From Bispira polyomma (taxonomy: Eukaryota): a DNA stretch of 64,000 nucleotides. Shown one piece after another: positions 36,336 to 51,590 of this stretch (within the stretch, counting starts at the first letter, position 1; the number at the start of each line of letters is the position of its first letter). Under the pieces are notes generated by a model. That model saw nothing but the letters and a program-made list of their open reading frames with translations. It made no database searches and was not told the DNA's origin. The position numbers and the translations under genes are program-made. The DNA is taken from NCBI GenBank assembly GCA_965649765.1, contig OZ287757.1:52824001-52888000 (forward strand), in the 5' to 3' direction.

Positions 36336-38299
36336 CAGCACACTAACACTGCTGTGTGCGCGATTCTGATTGGCTGACACAATTGCGCCTACTATATAGA
36401 ATTTGTGTTTTAAGTGTAGCCCATTTTTAAGAACCTGTAATTTACTCTGTAATTTTTATTCAATGAAAGTTGGAGATAAAAACAACAAAAAGGGGCTGTG
36501 TTTTGCAACATATAAAATGGATTTGTTGATTATTCTTATTTTACAGATCAAATAGGTCAGTTTTGTGTACTTTATGTCATTTTATACTGTTAATATGGAC
36601 TCAAGAGAATAACATTCTCATTATCGCCCATGCTCTCGCAAACGCTCGCAAGGGCTGGCCCTTAATTAATTTGACTAGGATCTATTTAATTTTAACACAA
36701 TCACAAGTTTGGCTAGTTTTCCTGGCAAAAACGTAGGATCCTAAGTTGAGCTATAGCCGATCATCCGATTGGCCAGAAACATAAAAGGCCTGCTACTCAT
36801 TAGAGATAAAAATTGAGCACATTTAAGTGTGACTGAAAATAAATGACATACTACAGTATTTATGTATTTCATAATACATATTTTTCTCCGTTATTTATAG
36901 TTCTCAGTTCTTTTTTTTTTTTTTTGTGTGTGTATATTTAATATATTATACTTGTTGATGTGCCTAGAGGGTGATTTGTACGTATAAATGTAGAATGTGC
37001 AAAAAATTCCCCAAATTCTGGAAATGTAATTGCATGAAATGTTTCTATTATCACATTTGAGTTACTTTTTATCTCAAGCCTATTAATAGTAGTAATTTAG
37101 CATTATGTAAGTGTAATTTCAATATAAAAAGGAGTTTGGTCACAAGTTTGGAAATATGTAGAACGGTACACAAAATAAATTTACAGTGAAACTTTATTTT
37201 TGTCTTCAAACAAGCACACAATAAATGATCCCCCCTCCCCCCAAAACACACAGTGTGTCTAAATTAGTGCCCCCCACCACAGACACACACTTAGAGACAG
37301 TATCCTCTGTGTGTAAACAGTATAATAACTTCTGCTATAGTCCATATAATCAAACCCAAATTTTTCTGAGCCATCTACAAACCAGACAGTGTATATACAG
37401 CAAATGTAAGAGTACAACTCCCCACAGTCTCAGAGATTATCTTGTGAGCAAACAAACGGCAATGCAGGATTTCCACCTATGCCCCCCCCCCCTTCTTCTT
37501 CTTGATACTACAAGCTAGATGACAGGCAATGATGGCCATCTAGCTAAAAATAATGTAGGTTGCATTGACATACACCTGAACTGACCTATATATTCACACA
37601 TCTTCTCTTCCATATACATCGTCATCAGCCATGTCTACCTATTGGTCTTACTAAAACAAGGCATTGTTTACAAAATCGGAAGGCCAACCCTGAATTTTGA
37701 TTTTTTTTTTTTCTATTTAATTTTATCAATGAAAAAGTCATATTAGGAAGAAATAATTGGGAGGGGGGTGTTGTTTGATATATTTACCTATTTAAATATT
37801 TTGAGAGATTATTCGTTGAGTGGAAACAATGACCGAATTGAAGCTGAGATGTTTAGCGAGAACCAAATTGAAACTCACGAGATCTGTGATTAAACTTCAA
37901 AATATATACAAATTAAAAGGGGAAATGGCAATTTTTTACTTTAGTTCTTTTGTTCATCAATTTTTGGCTGTCTTCGCTTCAAAAAATGACTTTAACACAG
38001 TAATTAAACTTCTGTGATAACAATAATGTCTACTTTAATCTAAGTAAAACGTGTACGTGACCGATTTAAATTTCGTCACTGGATGCTTGTTGAATAATAT
38101 CTTAGAATATGTGTATATATTAGTACAATTACAAACCTAGCTTAACAATAAACACTGGATGCCAGAGGAGAGACAATAATATGTACTACACATATTACAT
38201 GGCAATCGATAACAATCGCTGTATTTTTACTTTTCCACACACATAATATATATATTTTCCCCTTTGGAGTGTGTTTGAATGCTTAAAGGTTTATAAAGC

Positions 38300-41200
38300 C
38301 AGCATTATCTTAAATGGGAAAAATATAGGCGAGTGTTGGCCAAATTCCTTCACAGTGTGTCCATCCTGAGACTAACTTTGAAATCCCAATAAATGTTGAA
38401 ACTATTTTTGCCTGATATTCATACTTTGTATAGCCTATTGTATGGTTGAAAACTTGGTAAAGTTTCAGAAAGCTGACCTATTCATAACTAAAAAAGAATA
38501 GTAGAGTTTGTCCTGTATCATGTGTCTATCTAGAGACTCAGTTCAAATTTAAAATTGCCAGCAAATTTTCAAATATTTTTTCTGGTTGCTTGGTGAAGTT
38601 TCTATAATATTCCTAACTTGAAGAAATATAACTGAGTTTGTCTTTCATCAAGGTCGAAATTTGAAAGTCCCAGCTAATTTTTAAATTAGATATTTTTTGG
38701 TAGATATTTTAACTTTGTCTAGTCTCTGGTGTGGGTTAATGCTTTGTGAAGTTTTGGTAAGGTAGCATATTCCTAACTTGAGAAAAAGTAAATGAGTTTG
38801 TCGTCCATCCAGACAAATTTTAATTTCGATGCACAAGCAATTTTTCAAATTCCATAGTTTTGGTAGATATTTGATCTTCGTCTAGTTTATGAGGTCGTTT
38901 AATGTTTGGTGAAGTTTTGGAAAGCCAGCATATTCCAACTTGAAACAAAATAAATGAGTTTGTCCTCAATCCAGTGTCCAGAGACTATGTCCACATTTCG
39001 AAGTCCCAGCAAATTTTGAAATTTCATATTTTTTTCTCAGATCTTCGAGCTTCGTCTAGTGTATGGTGTAGTTAAATGCTTGGTGAAGTCCATGCACCAA
39101 GGCTCAGATTTGGTTCATTAATATTTAGATATCATGCAGGAAGGACCCTCAATTTTTCATCCTGTGGGGCCTTGGCAGAGGTATGCACTCCACCATAGTA
39201 CCCTAAGTTAATGCCTCAGTTTGGACAAAATCAGTTCAGTAACAGTGTCTAATCCTGCAGGAATGATTTTTTTTTTATGTTTTGGCCCTGTGGCGCCTTT
39301 TCAGAGCAAAGCACTGACCAAGACTTTTTTAGCCCTCCACAAAGTTTGGTCAAAGCGATTGAGTAGTAGTAATGTTGTGAGAAAGCTTTCACGTTTGGCC
39401 CTTTGGCACCATGCAACAAGTATACACTCTACCATACACCTATATTTTCCCTTAACACATGCAATAGCTCTAAACAAAATTTTTTTATGTGTTTTAGTTC
39501 TGTGGCATTTTGGCGGAGGTATGCACTCCATCATACTACCCCATACTGTTATTTCGTTAATGGGTTAGCCCTCCATAATGTTTGGATAAAATCAGTTTAT
39601 TAAGAGTGTGTAAACACGGGAATCTTTTGCTATGTTTTGACCCTTTACTGGGGTATGCACTTCACCATACGTTTTGTCACAATCGGTTGAGTAACAGTCC
39701 ATAATCCTGCATGTGTTAGCCCTGTGAGCCTGGAAACATGTATGCACCCATACTACTATACACTTTGACCCACCATGTACTAGAATTAGTTCATTAGTGC
39801 AGTGTAATCCTGCAGGAATGTTTTTCACATGTCAGTCCTGTGTCGTTTCGGTGGAGGTATGAACTCCCCCATATTACCTCATACTTTTCTTTCCACCAAA
39901 CCACAAATTTGATCAAAATTAATTCAGTAATAGTGCATAATGCTGTAGGAATGTTTTTTTTTATGTTTAGCTCTGTGGCAGCTTTGTGTTTCATGTTTTG
40001 GCCCTATGCAGAGGTGAGCAACAAAGTTTGGTCAAAATCAGTTTAGTTGTTTTTACAAAATCTTGCAGAATAATTACTCACTTATTCATCCTGTTGTGCG
40101 TTGGCAGAGGTATGCACCATACTTCATACTTTTCCTTATGTGGCAGTCACATCTGTTTACTCCTGATGTGAAGGACTTAATCGGATCTGATCTCGAGAAA
40201 ACGTCTAAAATCGGGGCATAAACTGGGCATAAATTGGTGAGATGGACAAGAACAGGAGGAAGAGCCGTAAATGTTAAAAACTTCCAAAGGTGGTCTGCTC
40301 TGAAAGCACATCTTGAGAGAACTAGAGAAAAGGGTGTGATTGGGGCTTAAATGTGGCATAAACGGGGCTTAAACTGCTCAGAACATGTGTAAACAGGGCT
40401 TAAACTGCTTAAAACTTGGGTGATTTGGTCAATTTTGTGTAATCTGAAGCAAACGTTACATGAACATGTGATGAACTTCTTAAATCAGTTTGGGTATTCA
40501 TTCATCATAAACGAGGGATGCAAAATGCAAATCAACATTTTACCCCATTCTCTCCTTATACCAGCCAAGTTCAAATGATCGAGAGGAAACTGGTATAAAT
40601 GTGGCGACAACTTGGGACAGTGTGACTGCCACATATGTGTTGATCCTATGACATCTGGTGTATGCATTCCAACATATTCCCCATACTGTTCCTTGACCGA
40701 TGCACTAGCTCTCCACAAAGTTTTGACAAAATCAGTTCAGTTGTAGAACATAATCCTGCAGAAATGTTTTTGACATGTTAGTTGTATCCACCATACCGTG
40801 CTATTTCTGTGCCTTAGCCCTCCACAAAGTTTGGTCAAATTCAGTTCAGTAAGATTTTTGTAATCTTGCAGGAATGTTTTTGTTTAAATTTTGGCCCTGT
40901 GGCATCTTGACAGAGAAATGTACTACACCACACTTTCGAATACTTTTCTTTAGTCCATGCCTTAACCCTCACAGTTTGGTCAAAACTTGTTTAGTAGTTT
41001 TTACCTAATCGTGCAGAAAGCATAATAACCATTTTTGCACTGATGTTTCTTTATGCTCCGGTCACACATTGCCGGTATAATAGGCGCTGGTAAATTGTAC
41101 CTTCCATTATTGCCTAAAAAATCGGCTGTTCAATCTATGCAAAATATACCCTCTAAAACTTCTAGATGAGTTTTACAGACAAAACATGACAGTAAAAAGA

Positions 41201-43340
41201 CGATGCTACTATGATAGACTTACAGTACTGAAATGGAAATACACAAACTAGGCGGAAACCGACAGAAACTGGAGGAATAGTTACAGTAGTGAAACGTAAA
41301 TACATGGAAATAGGCAGAAACACACGATTACAGGGACAGAAGATTTACAGTAGAATTCGGTAGGTAGCGGAAATGGGCGGACAGTTTACCAGCTTTGATA
41401 AGGCTGAAATTTTAAACATGTTCAAAAACTGCCTACCATGGCCCGTTACAGACGGCGAGGGAAGAAAGCTAAATGTAGGAGAAATTATAGATCAGGTTTT
41501 TGGCAGCAGGTGATTTTCAAAATGTCTCTAACTGCCCATCAATACCGCCAATGTGACACCAGGGCTTTAGCCCATGTCCTTGGCCGCCACAAATCAACTC
41601 GGTTCAATAGTTTTTATAAAATCATGTTAGATTGATACTCAAGTTGTCGTTCTGTGGTGCCTTGGCAGAGGTATGCACTCCACCATCATACCATATACTT
41701 TTCCTTAGCCGATTCATCAGCCTAAACCAAATTGGCTCAAAATAAGGTGAGTAGTGGCCCTGTAATGCCTTGGCAAATGTATGCACCCATACTCCTATAC
41801 TTTCCCTTGACCCTTGTACTACCTCTCCACAGTTTTGTCAAAATCAGTTCAGTAGTAGAGCGTAATCCTGCAAGAATGTATTTGATATGTTAGTCCTTTT
41901 CAGTTTTGGCGAAGGTATGTACTATACCACCATACTTTTCTTTTTCACTCATTTCCCAGCACTCGACAAATTTTGGTCAAAATTAGTTGATCAATAGTGC
42001 GTAATCCTGCAGAAATGTTTTTGCCTTGTGGTGCTCTGGCTGAGGAACGTAATCAACCACTATGCACCATGCTTTCCGTAGGCCATGCATGAAACCTCAA
42101 GAAAGTTTGATAAAAATTGTTTTAAATAGTGTTTCTAAAACTGTAAAGGAAAGATACTTACTTTTTCATTCTATGGTGATTCTGCAGAGGTATGCACTCT
42201 ACCATGATGTCCTACATTCATGCTCCATCCAGTTCAGCAATGGTGCATAATCATGCATGAATGTTTTTTTCATGTGTTGGCTACTTGGTGCCTTGGCAGA
42301 AGTATGCACTCTACTATAGTCCTATGCCTTTCCTTGACCCATATATTATCTCTTCACAAAGATTGGTGAAAATCGGTTTGGGGAGTAGCGCATAATCCTG
42401 CAGGAATGTTTTTCACATGATATTAAAGTGGAAATTAGCCGTTTTGGCAGACTAATGCACTCCACCATACTCCACATAAATTTCCTGAGGAACGTTGTTG
42501 ATGTTTTGGCCCTATGACACTGTGGCAGAGGTGTGCATTACACTAATTACTCCCAATACTTTTATTTGGCCCATGTCCTAGCCCTCTACAAAGTTAGGTC
42601 AAAATCTGTTCATCATCAGTGTATAATTCACCAGGGATGTTTTTCATGTTAAGAGATGTTAATGCCACCATACTCCCCATACTTTCATTAGCGCATGCAA
42701 TAGACCTCCATGTCATACTGCCTTATAGCTTTCCTCGCCCCGTGCCCTTCACAACCTTTGGTCAAAATCAGTTAATTTTGGAGTGTGTAATTCTGCAACA
42801 ACATTTTCTTTTTACTCTATCACACCTTGGCAGAGGTATGCACTCCACCATACTGCCCTGAGTCAATACCTAAGCCTGTTACAAAGTTTGGTTAAAATAG
42901 GTTCAGTTGATTAATGAAATCCTGCAGGAAAATTACTCACTATTTCACCATGTGTGGTATGAACTGTATCATACTGATGCATACTTGTCCTTAGCACATG
43001 CCTTTAATCACACAAGAATGTTTACATGTTTTGGCCCTGTGATCAAATCCACTATACTCCTCTACACTTTCCTTGATCGCTGTACTACTCCTCTCCTTGT
43101 TTGCTGTACTACTCCTCCACAAAGTTCAGTTATAATCGGCTTTGTGGTGGTGGATAATCATACAGGAATGTTTTTCACATTTTGGTACTGTGGCAAACTC
43201 CCCCTATACTTTTCCTTAGCCATGTCCTAGTTCTCCACAAAGTTTGGTCAAAATCAATTCAGTAAAAGTACATAATCCTGCCGGATTTTTTTCAATGCTT
43301 TCGCCCTGTGGTGCCTCGACAGAGGAATATACAATGTCAT
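38300..43340. repeat. Long degenerate repeat field (units roughly 150 bp)
   Basis: Many diverged copies of ggcagaggtatgcactccaccatact...ctccacaaagtttggtcaaaatcagttcagt...taatcctgcaggaatgttttt; the short ORFs here are non-specific. Confidence 0.8.
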
Positions 43341-44289
43341 ATATTTTCCTCAGCCTAAGTTTCTTTTTGATCTATACCGCAACTTTAACCGATAATATCT
43401 TGTATGAAAATTAATAGAATTGAAAACAGTTGAAATAGTGGGAAAGTGCATAATGTGAAACCCTAATGAAAATTTTAGGTGAAATATGCACAGAGATACG
43501 AACATTTAAATCTGTTAAATATTCTGAGAAAATAATCAAAAATACTGACATTCGCCAAGATAGTCGAATTTTAATCAAGGGTTTTCTCCTAGGTTTAGTA
43601 CGCACTTCCATTAAATTTCTTCCGGAATGATGCCATGTAGTTTTACATTATTTTCAATGTCACTTTATTCTTTACCAGTTCCACACTGTTGTGACAAACA
43701 GAAACCAGAGTCATAGTTTATTTTATCTTTATTTTATAACTATTTTAAAACTATTTTCTTCAACTGCACACACAAATCAGGTGATTCAGCTTGAAATCGA
43801 GAGGATATATATACAATTTGCATTTCAATTGCAGAGACAAATATGAATGAAAAAGGGTGAGGAGTGTAGTACTATAATGGCTAATGTATTTGAATGGAAT
43901 TAATGGACACAGTATTTTCCAACAACTTGAATTTCAATGACGGCAAAAAGTTGTGAGATTTTGTGTTTTTTCACCAATTAAAATGTGTCATAACAACAAG
44001 TTAAATTAACTATAACTACCTTATGTTTAGCTTTATTTAAACCAAATATTAAATAAATTGACATTGAAACAGACCCCATATGTATGCCAGATCCTTGTAA
44101 TTTCTGAGATTAGCTTGTGGACAGCGTTGAGCAAGGAGCAAGACCTAACCCACATCAGATCATGACTGACATCATATGCCAATAAATTATGCAGGGTTTT
44201 AGTGTAAAAAATAGAAATATGCCCGTACTATATACTAATTTCACATTTATTGTGGGTTCAATAGGGTTCCTACCAAAGCTCGAACAAGT

Positions 44290-45200
44290 CCGAGAGTCTA
44301 AGTGGTGGTGGCGTAAAAGTGGCGTAGTGTATTTTACATAGGCTATGCCACCTGTGGCGTAGAAATGTCCAAGTCAGTGGCGTAAAAGTGGGGCAGTAGG
44401 GGGGAAAGGGGGGTTGTCAGACATACTTTATTTGGTATGAACAACAAATAAATGACACACCATAGGTGAGGCGAGGGGGGGGGGGGGGGATTTTGTCCAA
44501 CTTACACCACTTACCCCTCTCCATTTCCATGTACATGTGGTGTTGTGTGGGGTGATGTACAGATGTACATGGGGGTGATGTATGGTGTGATTTACATAAA
44601 CACCCAAACACTTCGACTTCAATATCCATACAAGAAATGGGTGAGTAATTGCAACTTTTAACCGAGTATTGAAGATTTAATGAAGTTGAACCGTGTGTGA
44701 TGGGCCTAATTATAATGCATGTGTATGTCACAAGAACCTCATGTATGACTAGTCCTAGTCATTGTGTGTAAACCTTTTAATTTTTTCAGATTAGATATAA
44801 CTTTTGTGTATGACTACCCATTTATTACTTGTACTAAACGTGTTATCATAGAGGGTATAAATATTTATTTTACATGTAAATAATATTGTCCAAGTTACGC
44901 CAATTGATAATAACCAGTCCAAGTTACCCCAATTAATCCTTGTCCAACTTACACAACTTCTTGCCACCCATTTTCCCAGACCTATCTATCAACAATGAAA
45001 GGTGGTGGCGTGAATTGGATTATAATTAGTCACGCTGAGGGCTGAACAATCAGTTTCACCATGTGGGAGGAGACTGGGGGTGGACATATTGTGGTCTGGT
45101 TGGGGTTATAAAATGAAATAAATGAAATGTTCTGTTGCATTAAATTTTGTAAGTGGTTATCAATATACTTGACCAAGATTGGTGTAACTTGGACTGGCTA
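44290..45200. mobile_element. Probable non-autonomous DNA transposon remnant with repeated gtccaagttacgcc-type motifs
   Basis: At least five gtccaa(g/c)ttac(a/g/c)cc-like motifs, one inverted (ggtgtaacttggac near 45181); termini not resolved. Confidence 0.35.
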
Positions 45201-46070
45201 TAACTGCATGTAGTTCACCCCACCACCGTTAGTGGAGGAGTAAAATCATATCACCCGACACACACTGTCTGGTATTAAAAAGTGTACACAGATATATTTG
45301 GCAAGCGAGCCCTAGAACTTGCACCTAGTTTATACACTCAGTGTGACCCTAATGTCATTCTTCACCCACACCTGTATTATGTTAAAAAGTTGTTATTGCA
45401 ACCACAGACTTAGAACTTGAACCCTATTTTACATTCAGAAACTTATTGCTCGGCTCTTGGTACAAAATAATTAATGAATTTTACTATTATCATTATGCAG
45501 TACATTTATCATACAAAACCTGTAGTGCATAATACAAAGTGGATTCCCGAATCTATTTAGAAGGTACATAAAAGCTTCTGATCAAATCTAAACATATGTA
45601 TAATGTTTAATTATTTATTTCATAACCTGAAACGACTGTTCATTTCAGGCACTTAGTCAGCTGCCTTAGACTAAGTTTACTGTATGATATTCTAAGAAAA
45701 TACATTTAACAAATGGCAATTTTGCAACTAGATCTACCGTATTGGAGACCCAATACATATTGTATCCCTGTGGAATATGTTGGTCATCATTCCTGATGAT
45801 CGTAAATCACCTCATTTGTTTCTACATGTTATTTCAAGACAAATTAGTCATTTAAGCCAGTGGTCAGTACTAAAGTAGTTATTATCTACTTAGCTACAGT
45901 GCAATACCTGTAAGATAACTAGGTTGTAGAAACTTATTTCACAGGAACTGCCTATAAGTAATACTTTTCAGGGAACAAGCTAATAATTCCCCCTCAGTTG
46001 TATGAATACATGTATTTCCGGAAAAGAATATAGGTTATTTATCTATTAGAAGTAATATAGTTCCTGTAAG

Positions 46071-46102
<32 letters not shown>

Positions 46103-46904
46103 TGTAAAACCGACAGGACGACAAATGATGATATGTTGGGAATTTGAGATAATATAGTTCCTATATGTATGTATATATATATGAGGTAGAGAAACCAACA
46201 TATATATGTTTTGGGGTAAAGAGACCGACACGCCAACAGGTCAACAAATATATATCTTTTTAAATTATATTTTTTTTTCAGAGTTGCACAGAGGCTAAAT
46301 AGACATGTTTTGAAGTTAATCATTTTTGAAAAAAGGTTGTAAATTTACCTCTAAGTGCAGTCTTCTTGATACCATGGTTGTGTTTTAAAAACGTTATTTC
46401 ATCTTATAATTAAGAGATTAAAAGATCAATAGAGCTACACATTCAACTTGTCTCTATCCAATTACACTAATTTATTTCATGTTCTTAACTTACCTATAAG
46501 TGTAATCTTCTTAATGTCATGTTTGTTTAAGAACCCTTTCTTAATTTATATTAAAAGAAGAACCTCTTATAGTAATTAATGTATATTACATATTTGCATT
46601 ATTAAGATCATCATATTCAATTTGAGGGGTTAGTGTTAACTTAAATATTATAATTTACTAAAATATAAGCCCCTTACTGATTCTAGGCGACTTTTCGTGG
46701 ATCGCCTAATAGACTTAATACAGTGACAGACAGACCCCTTGCAGTGAATATAATCTAGTATTGTCAATATTTGTCTGATTTTAATCATTTAATCACCAAT
46801 GGAAACCTTATATCATAAACAACCTATATGTATTAGCGGTTAAAGAGTTATTTGTATAGAAATTTTTTAATTATTTAATTTAGTGTTGGACCAAAAAAAA
46901 AAAG

Positions 46905-47670
46905 TGTGAGATAGGCACTTTGATGTTTAGCATACCTGTTTGACCTTGCAAGAGTGATCTAAGGTTAAATCTGACCACAGCAAAAAATTACCATCCCATG
47001 ATTTCTTATTGGTTGATTTCACATCCCAAACATGTATGACCAATAATATAAAAGATATAGACACAAAGGTCAAATTGGACCACAGCAAAAGATTCCCAGG
47101 CCTTGCTATCCTACAGGTTGGTTTTATTTTTGAAACCTCTATGACCAATAATAAGTAAGAAATAGGCACTTTTAAGTTTGCCCATCAACATTTGACCTTG
47201 AACGAGGAGCCCAAGGTCAAATCGGAGCACATGAAAATATTCCCGGGGAATTATTTGATACAGGTTGGTTTCATCTTTTGAACCTATAGGACCAATAATA
47301 AGTTACATATAGAAAAGTTTGGTTGTCCACATTTGACCTTGAACGAGGGAACCAAGGTCAAATCTGAGCACCTCCAAAGATTCCCAGCCCATGATTTTAT
47401 ATAGGTTGGTTTGTCACTCCCAACATTTGTAACCAATAATAAGTGAGATATAGATACCTTTAAGTTTGACCATCCACACTTCACCTTGGACGAGGGGCCC
47501 AAAATCAAGTAGCACATCATAAAAATATTCCCAGGCCATGATTTCCTATAGGTTGGTTTTACATACAAAACATGTTTGACCAAAAATAAGCGAGATATAG
47601 GGACTTTTAAGTTTGGCCATCCTGTTTCACTTTGAAGGAGAGGCCCAAGGTCAAATATGAGCATATCAAA
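46905..47670. repeat. Tandem repeat, about 5 units of about 145 bp (tgaccttg/caaggtcaaa family)
   Basis: caaggtcaaatc...ttccc...taggttggttt...accaataataag...tttaagtttg...tgaccttgaacgagg recurs at about 47067, 47212, 47353, 47500 and 47647. Confidence 0.85.
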
Positions 47671-48579
47671 ATATTTCAGTGATGGCCTTGATAAGGGTCA
47701 AGTTGCATATTGAATATGTAAGACAGTAAAAGATACCTGAGATTTTATTTTACATGTTAGTAATTATGTATGCATATATGTGAACTAATACCAGTTAAAA
47801 TTATCAACCTGGAAGAATATTTAACACCCCATAAGGGAGTAAGTTAGACACAGGTTAATCCCGAAAACAAGGACTAGCCATAAAAAAGAGGTATCATAAA
47901 ACACAACTAGTGAAACTACTAGTATAACTGGGTACTCCCTGTAATGTATAGGAGAAATAAACATGTTAAAATAAAATAGATGATGGGAAAAACAATTAGA
48001 GTGTACATGTACCCAACAAATCTACTCCACACCAGAATGTGATAGGTCATAAATCTAGTCAGAAAACAGGTGTTCTATGCCATAAAATCGACTTGGACAC
48101 TAAAATTTTCTTTAAATGTAACAGATTTAAATACAGCCACTTCATGATAGAAGTTACACATGGGTTAAACCCTTTGACATATATAATATAAAAAAAACAG
48201 TTTACTGTCATTAGTTAGCTGAACACGGATTAATCCCTATTTACACAAATTTGGAAAATACATATTGAATCCAAAACTAACAATGATTGGTAAATATTTC
48301 TAGTGTACTTTGAGTATTTTATGTCATGCCAATTTCATTCACAGTATACTTTCACCATAATAATGTACACACAATTTCCTTTTTAAAGAAACTCTGCATG
48401 GGTTAATAATAAGCTATAGCTTGCCATGAAAAGCCAGCCGAATATAGGTTAGCCCCAGATTATTCCAGTTGGAAGACAATGTTGAGTCCAAAATAAGCCA
48501 AAAATTGTCAATAAACAAATGATAAAAAACAGGCATTTTAGACTCTAAAACATTTTAGACTCTAAAAATTTTGAACATC

Positions 48580-51500
48580 TTTAATACCACGGCTGGTTAC
48601 GGACGGCAAGGGAAGGAAGCTAAATTGATGAGAAATTATAGATCGGTTTCCTGGCAGTAAAAGGCAATTTTCAAAATGTCTCTAACCGCCAATCCATACC
48701 GCTAATGTGAGACCGGTGCTTTAGCCCACGTCCTGGGCCTCCATGAATTAACTTGGTTCAACAGTGTTTATAAAATTGTGTATGATACTAAATTTTTGGT
48801 CCTGTGGTGCCTTGGGAGAGGTATGCACTCCACCATCCTACCATATACTTTTCCTTATCCGATTTGTCAGCCTTAACCAAATCTGCTCAAAATAAGGTGA
48901 GTAGTGGCCCTGTGATGCCTTAGCACATGTATGCACTCATACTCCTATAATTTCCCTTGACCCTTGTACTACCTCTCCACAAAGTTTTGGGGAAACTGTA
49001 TTTGATATGTTAGTCCTGTACCGTTTTTGCGGAGATATGCACTCCACCATACTACCATATTATTTTCGTTCATTCCCTAGCACTCCATAAAGTTTGGCTT
49101 ATTAGTTCAGTAGTTTTTTAACATCGTGCACTAAGGATACTCACGCTTTAGTCCTGTAGTGTTTTTGCCTAGGTATGCACTCCACCATAATGTCTTATGT
49201 CCATGCCTAGCCCTCAACAAAGTTTGATGAAAATCAGTTTAGTAATGGTGCATAATTTGGCAGGAATGGTTTTTCATGCTTTGGCATTGTTGTTCTTCTG
49301 ACACACAATGTAAAAATGCTCATTATTAAATGTCAACTTACCAGTCCTAGCAAGGATAATAATTGTTTTGATATATAACAAAGACCCTGTATCAACTTTA
49401 ATATATAAAACAATTTTCTAGTTTTCCTTGACCCATGTACTAATTCTCTATCAAGTTTATTAAAAAAAACTGCAGGAATGTTTTTCATATTTTGATCCTG
49501 CAGCATTTTAATTATCTAGTAAAAAATAAAAAATATTATAATATGCATATGTCACAGTGAATCTGAGGTCTCATTGATTTTGTGCAATCACAGAAATTTT
49601 CAGTAAATATGCGTAATTACTGGTTATTAGTTAAAGCGATTTAATGTGATCACTCACCTAGATGAGGTCTATATGTTAACTTGTATGTTATTGTCTGGCT
49701 GAGTGACATTTTTGTACTAGAAATATATTTTGCGCCATCTGCTTCATTGTTGTTTTTGCCCTATTGTGTATCTTTGGTGTAGAAATACACTGCCCAATAC
49801 TTTTCTTTAGTCCATACCTCCCTCCACAAAGTTTGGTCAAAATCAGTTCAATGTTTTTTACAAAATTGTGCAGAAAGATTACTCACTTATTCATACTGTG
49901 GTGCGTTGGCAGAGGTATGCACCATACTTCAGACTTTTTCTTATGTGGCAGTCACATCTTCACGTTATATAGGGCTGTTTACTACCGATGTGAAGGACTT
50001 GTGTGATGTGGAGAAAACGTCCATTATCTGGGCATAAATTGGTTAGATCAGCAAGAACAGTAGGCAGAGCTGCAAATTTTGAACATGTTCAAAAGCACAT
50101 CTTGAGAGAACTGGAGAAAAGGGGTGTGGTTGGGCCTTAAACGGGGCATACACATGGCTTAAACTGTTTAATAAAAAAAAACTGCAGGAATGTTTTTCAT
50201 ATTTTGATCCTGCGGCATTTTAATTATCTAGTAAAAAATAAAAAATATTATAATATACATATGTCACAGTGAATCTGAGGTCTCATTGATTTTGTGCAAT
50301 CACAAAAATTTTCAGTAAATATGCGTAATTACTGGTTATTAGTTAAAGCGATTTAATGTGATCACTCACCTAGATGAGGTCTATATGTTAACTTGTATGT
50401 TATTGTCTGGCTGAGTGACATTTTTGTACTAGAAATATATTTTGCGCCATCTGCTTCATTGTTGTTTTTTCCCTATTGTGTATTTTTGGCATAGAAATAC
50501 ACTGTCACACTGCCCAATACTTTTCTTTAGTCCATACCTCCCTCCACAAAGTTTGGTCAAAATCTGGAGAACTGGAGAAAAGGGGTGTGGTTGGGCCTTA
50601 AATTGGGCATACACAAGGCTTAAACTGTTCAGAACTTGTGTAAACGGGGCTCATACTGCTTAGAACTTGTGTGATCTGGCCAGAATTGGAGTAATTTGGT
50701 GCAGGTCGGTAGTAAATGTTGCATGAACGTGTGATGAACTGCTTAGATCTGGTCTGGGCATAAATTCAAACTGGCGAGATCTGGTGAAAACTGGCCATAT
50801 CATGGGCATAAACAGGGAATGCAAATGTACGCAAATGAACATTTCCCCACCATTCTCTCCCGACAAGCCAAGTTCTAATGATCGGGAGTAAACTGGTATA
50901 AACGTGGCGAGAACTTGGACAGTGTGACTGGCACATAAGTCCATGCCTTAGGCTTCCACAACAATTTGGTGAAAATTGGTGGAGTAGTAATATGTAATCT
51001 TGCAAGAATGTTTTGCATGTGTAGATACTATGACGCCTTGACAGAGGTATGTACTCTACCATACTCCTATACTATTCCTTGACTCATGTCATTGCTCTTC
51101 ACAAGGTTTTGTAAAAATCTGTGCACTAGTGGTGCATAAACCTGCAGGAATGTTTTCATATGTAAATTATTTTCATGTTTTGTTGGTCCTTGGCACAAAA
51201 AATATTACATAATACTGCCTAATACTTTTCCTTGTTCCATGCCTTAGCCCTCCAGAAAGTTTGGTCACAATTGCTAAAATAGTTTTTGTTCAACCACGCA
51301 GGAAAAATACTCACTGTTATACTACCATATATTTTTCTTAAGCAAAATTTAGTCAAAATTAGTTAAGTAGTATTATGTAACCCCTGCAAGTATGTTTTTC
51401 AAGTGTTGCCCCGTGACATCTTGTCAAAGCAATGCACTCTACCATACTCCTTTTATTTTTATTGACTCATTTACTGGTTCTCCACAATGTCTGACCAATA

Positions 51501-51590
51501 TGGTTTAGCGGTAGGAAGCATCAAAACTGTAGGAATATATTTTATGTCTGGGTCCTGGAGCATTTTGGCAGAGGTATGCACTCCACCATG
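48580..51590. repeat. Second field of the 38.3-43.3 kb repeat family, with a recent internal duplication
   Basis: 48580-49100 parallels 41430-41990; 49820-50160 and 50560-50940 parallel 40020-40640; about 49461-49844 is nearly identical to about 50173-50564. Confidence 0.8.

Noticed and set aside
39221-51062. Numerous 60-126 aa ORFs in the repeat fields
   Set aside because: Chance ORFs in tandem or degenerate repeats with no domain signatures.
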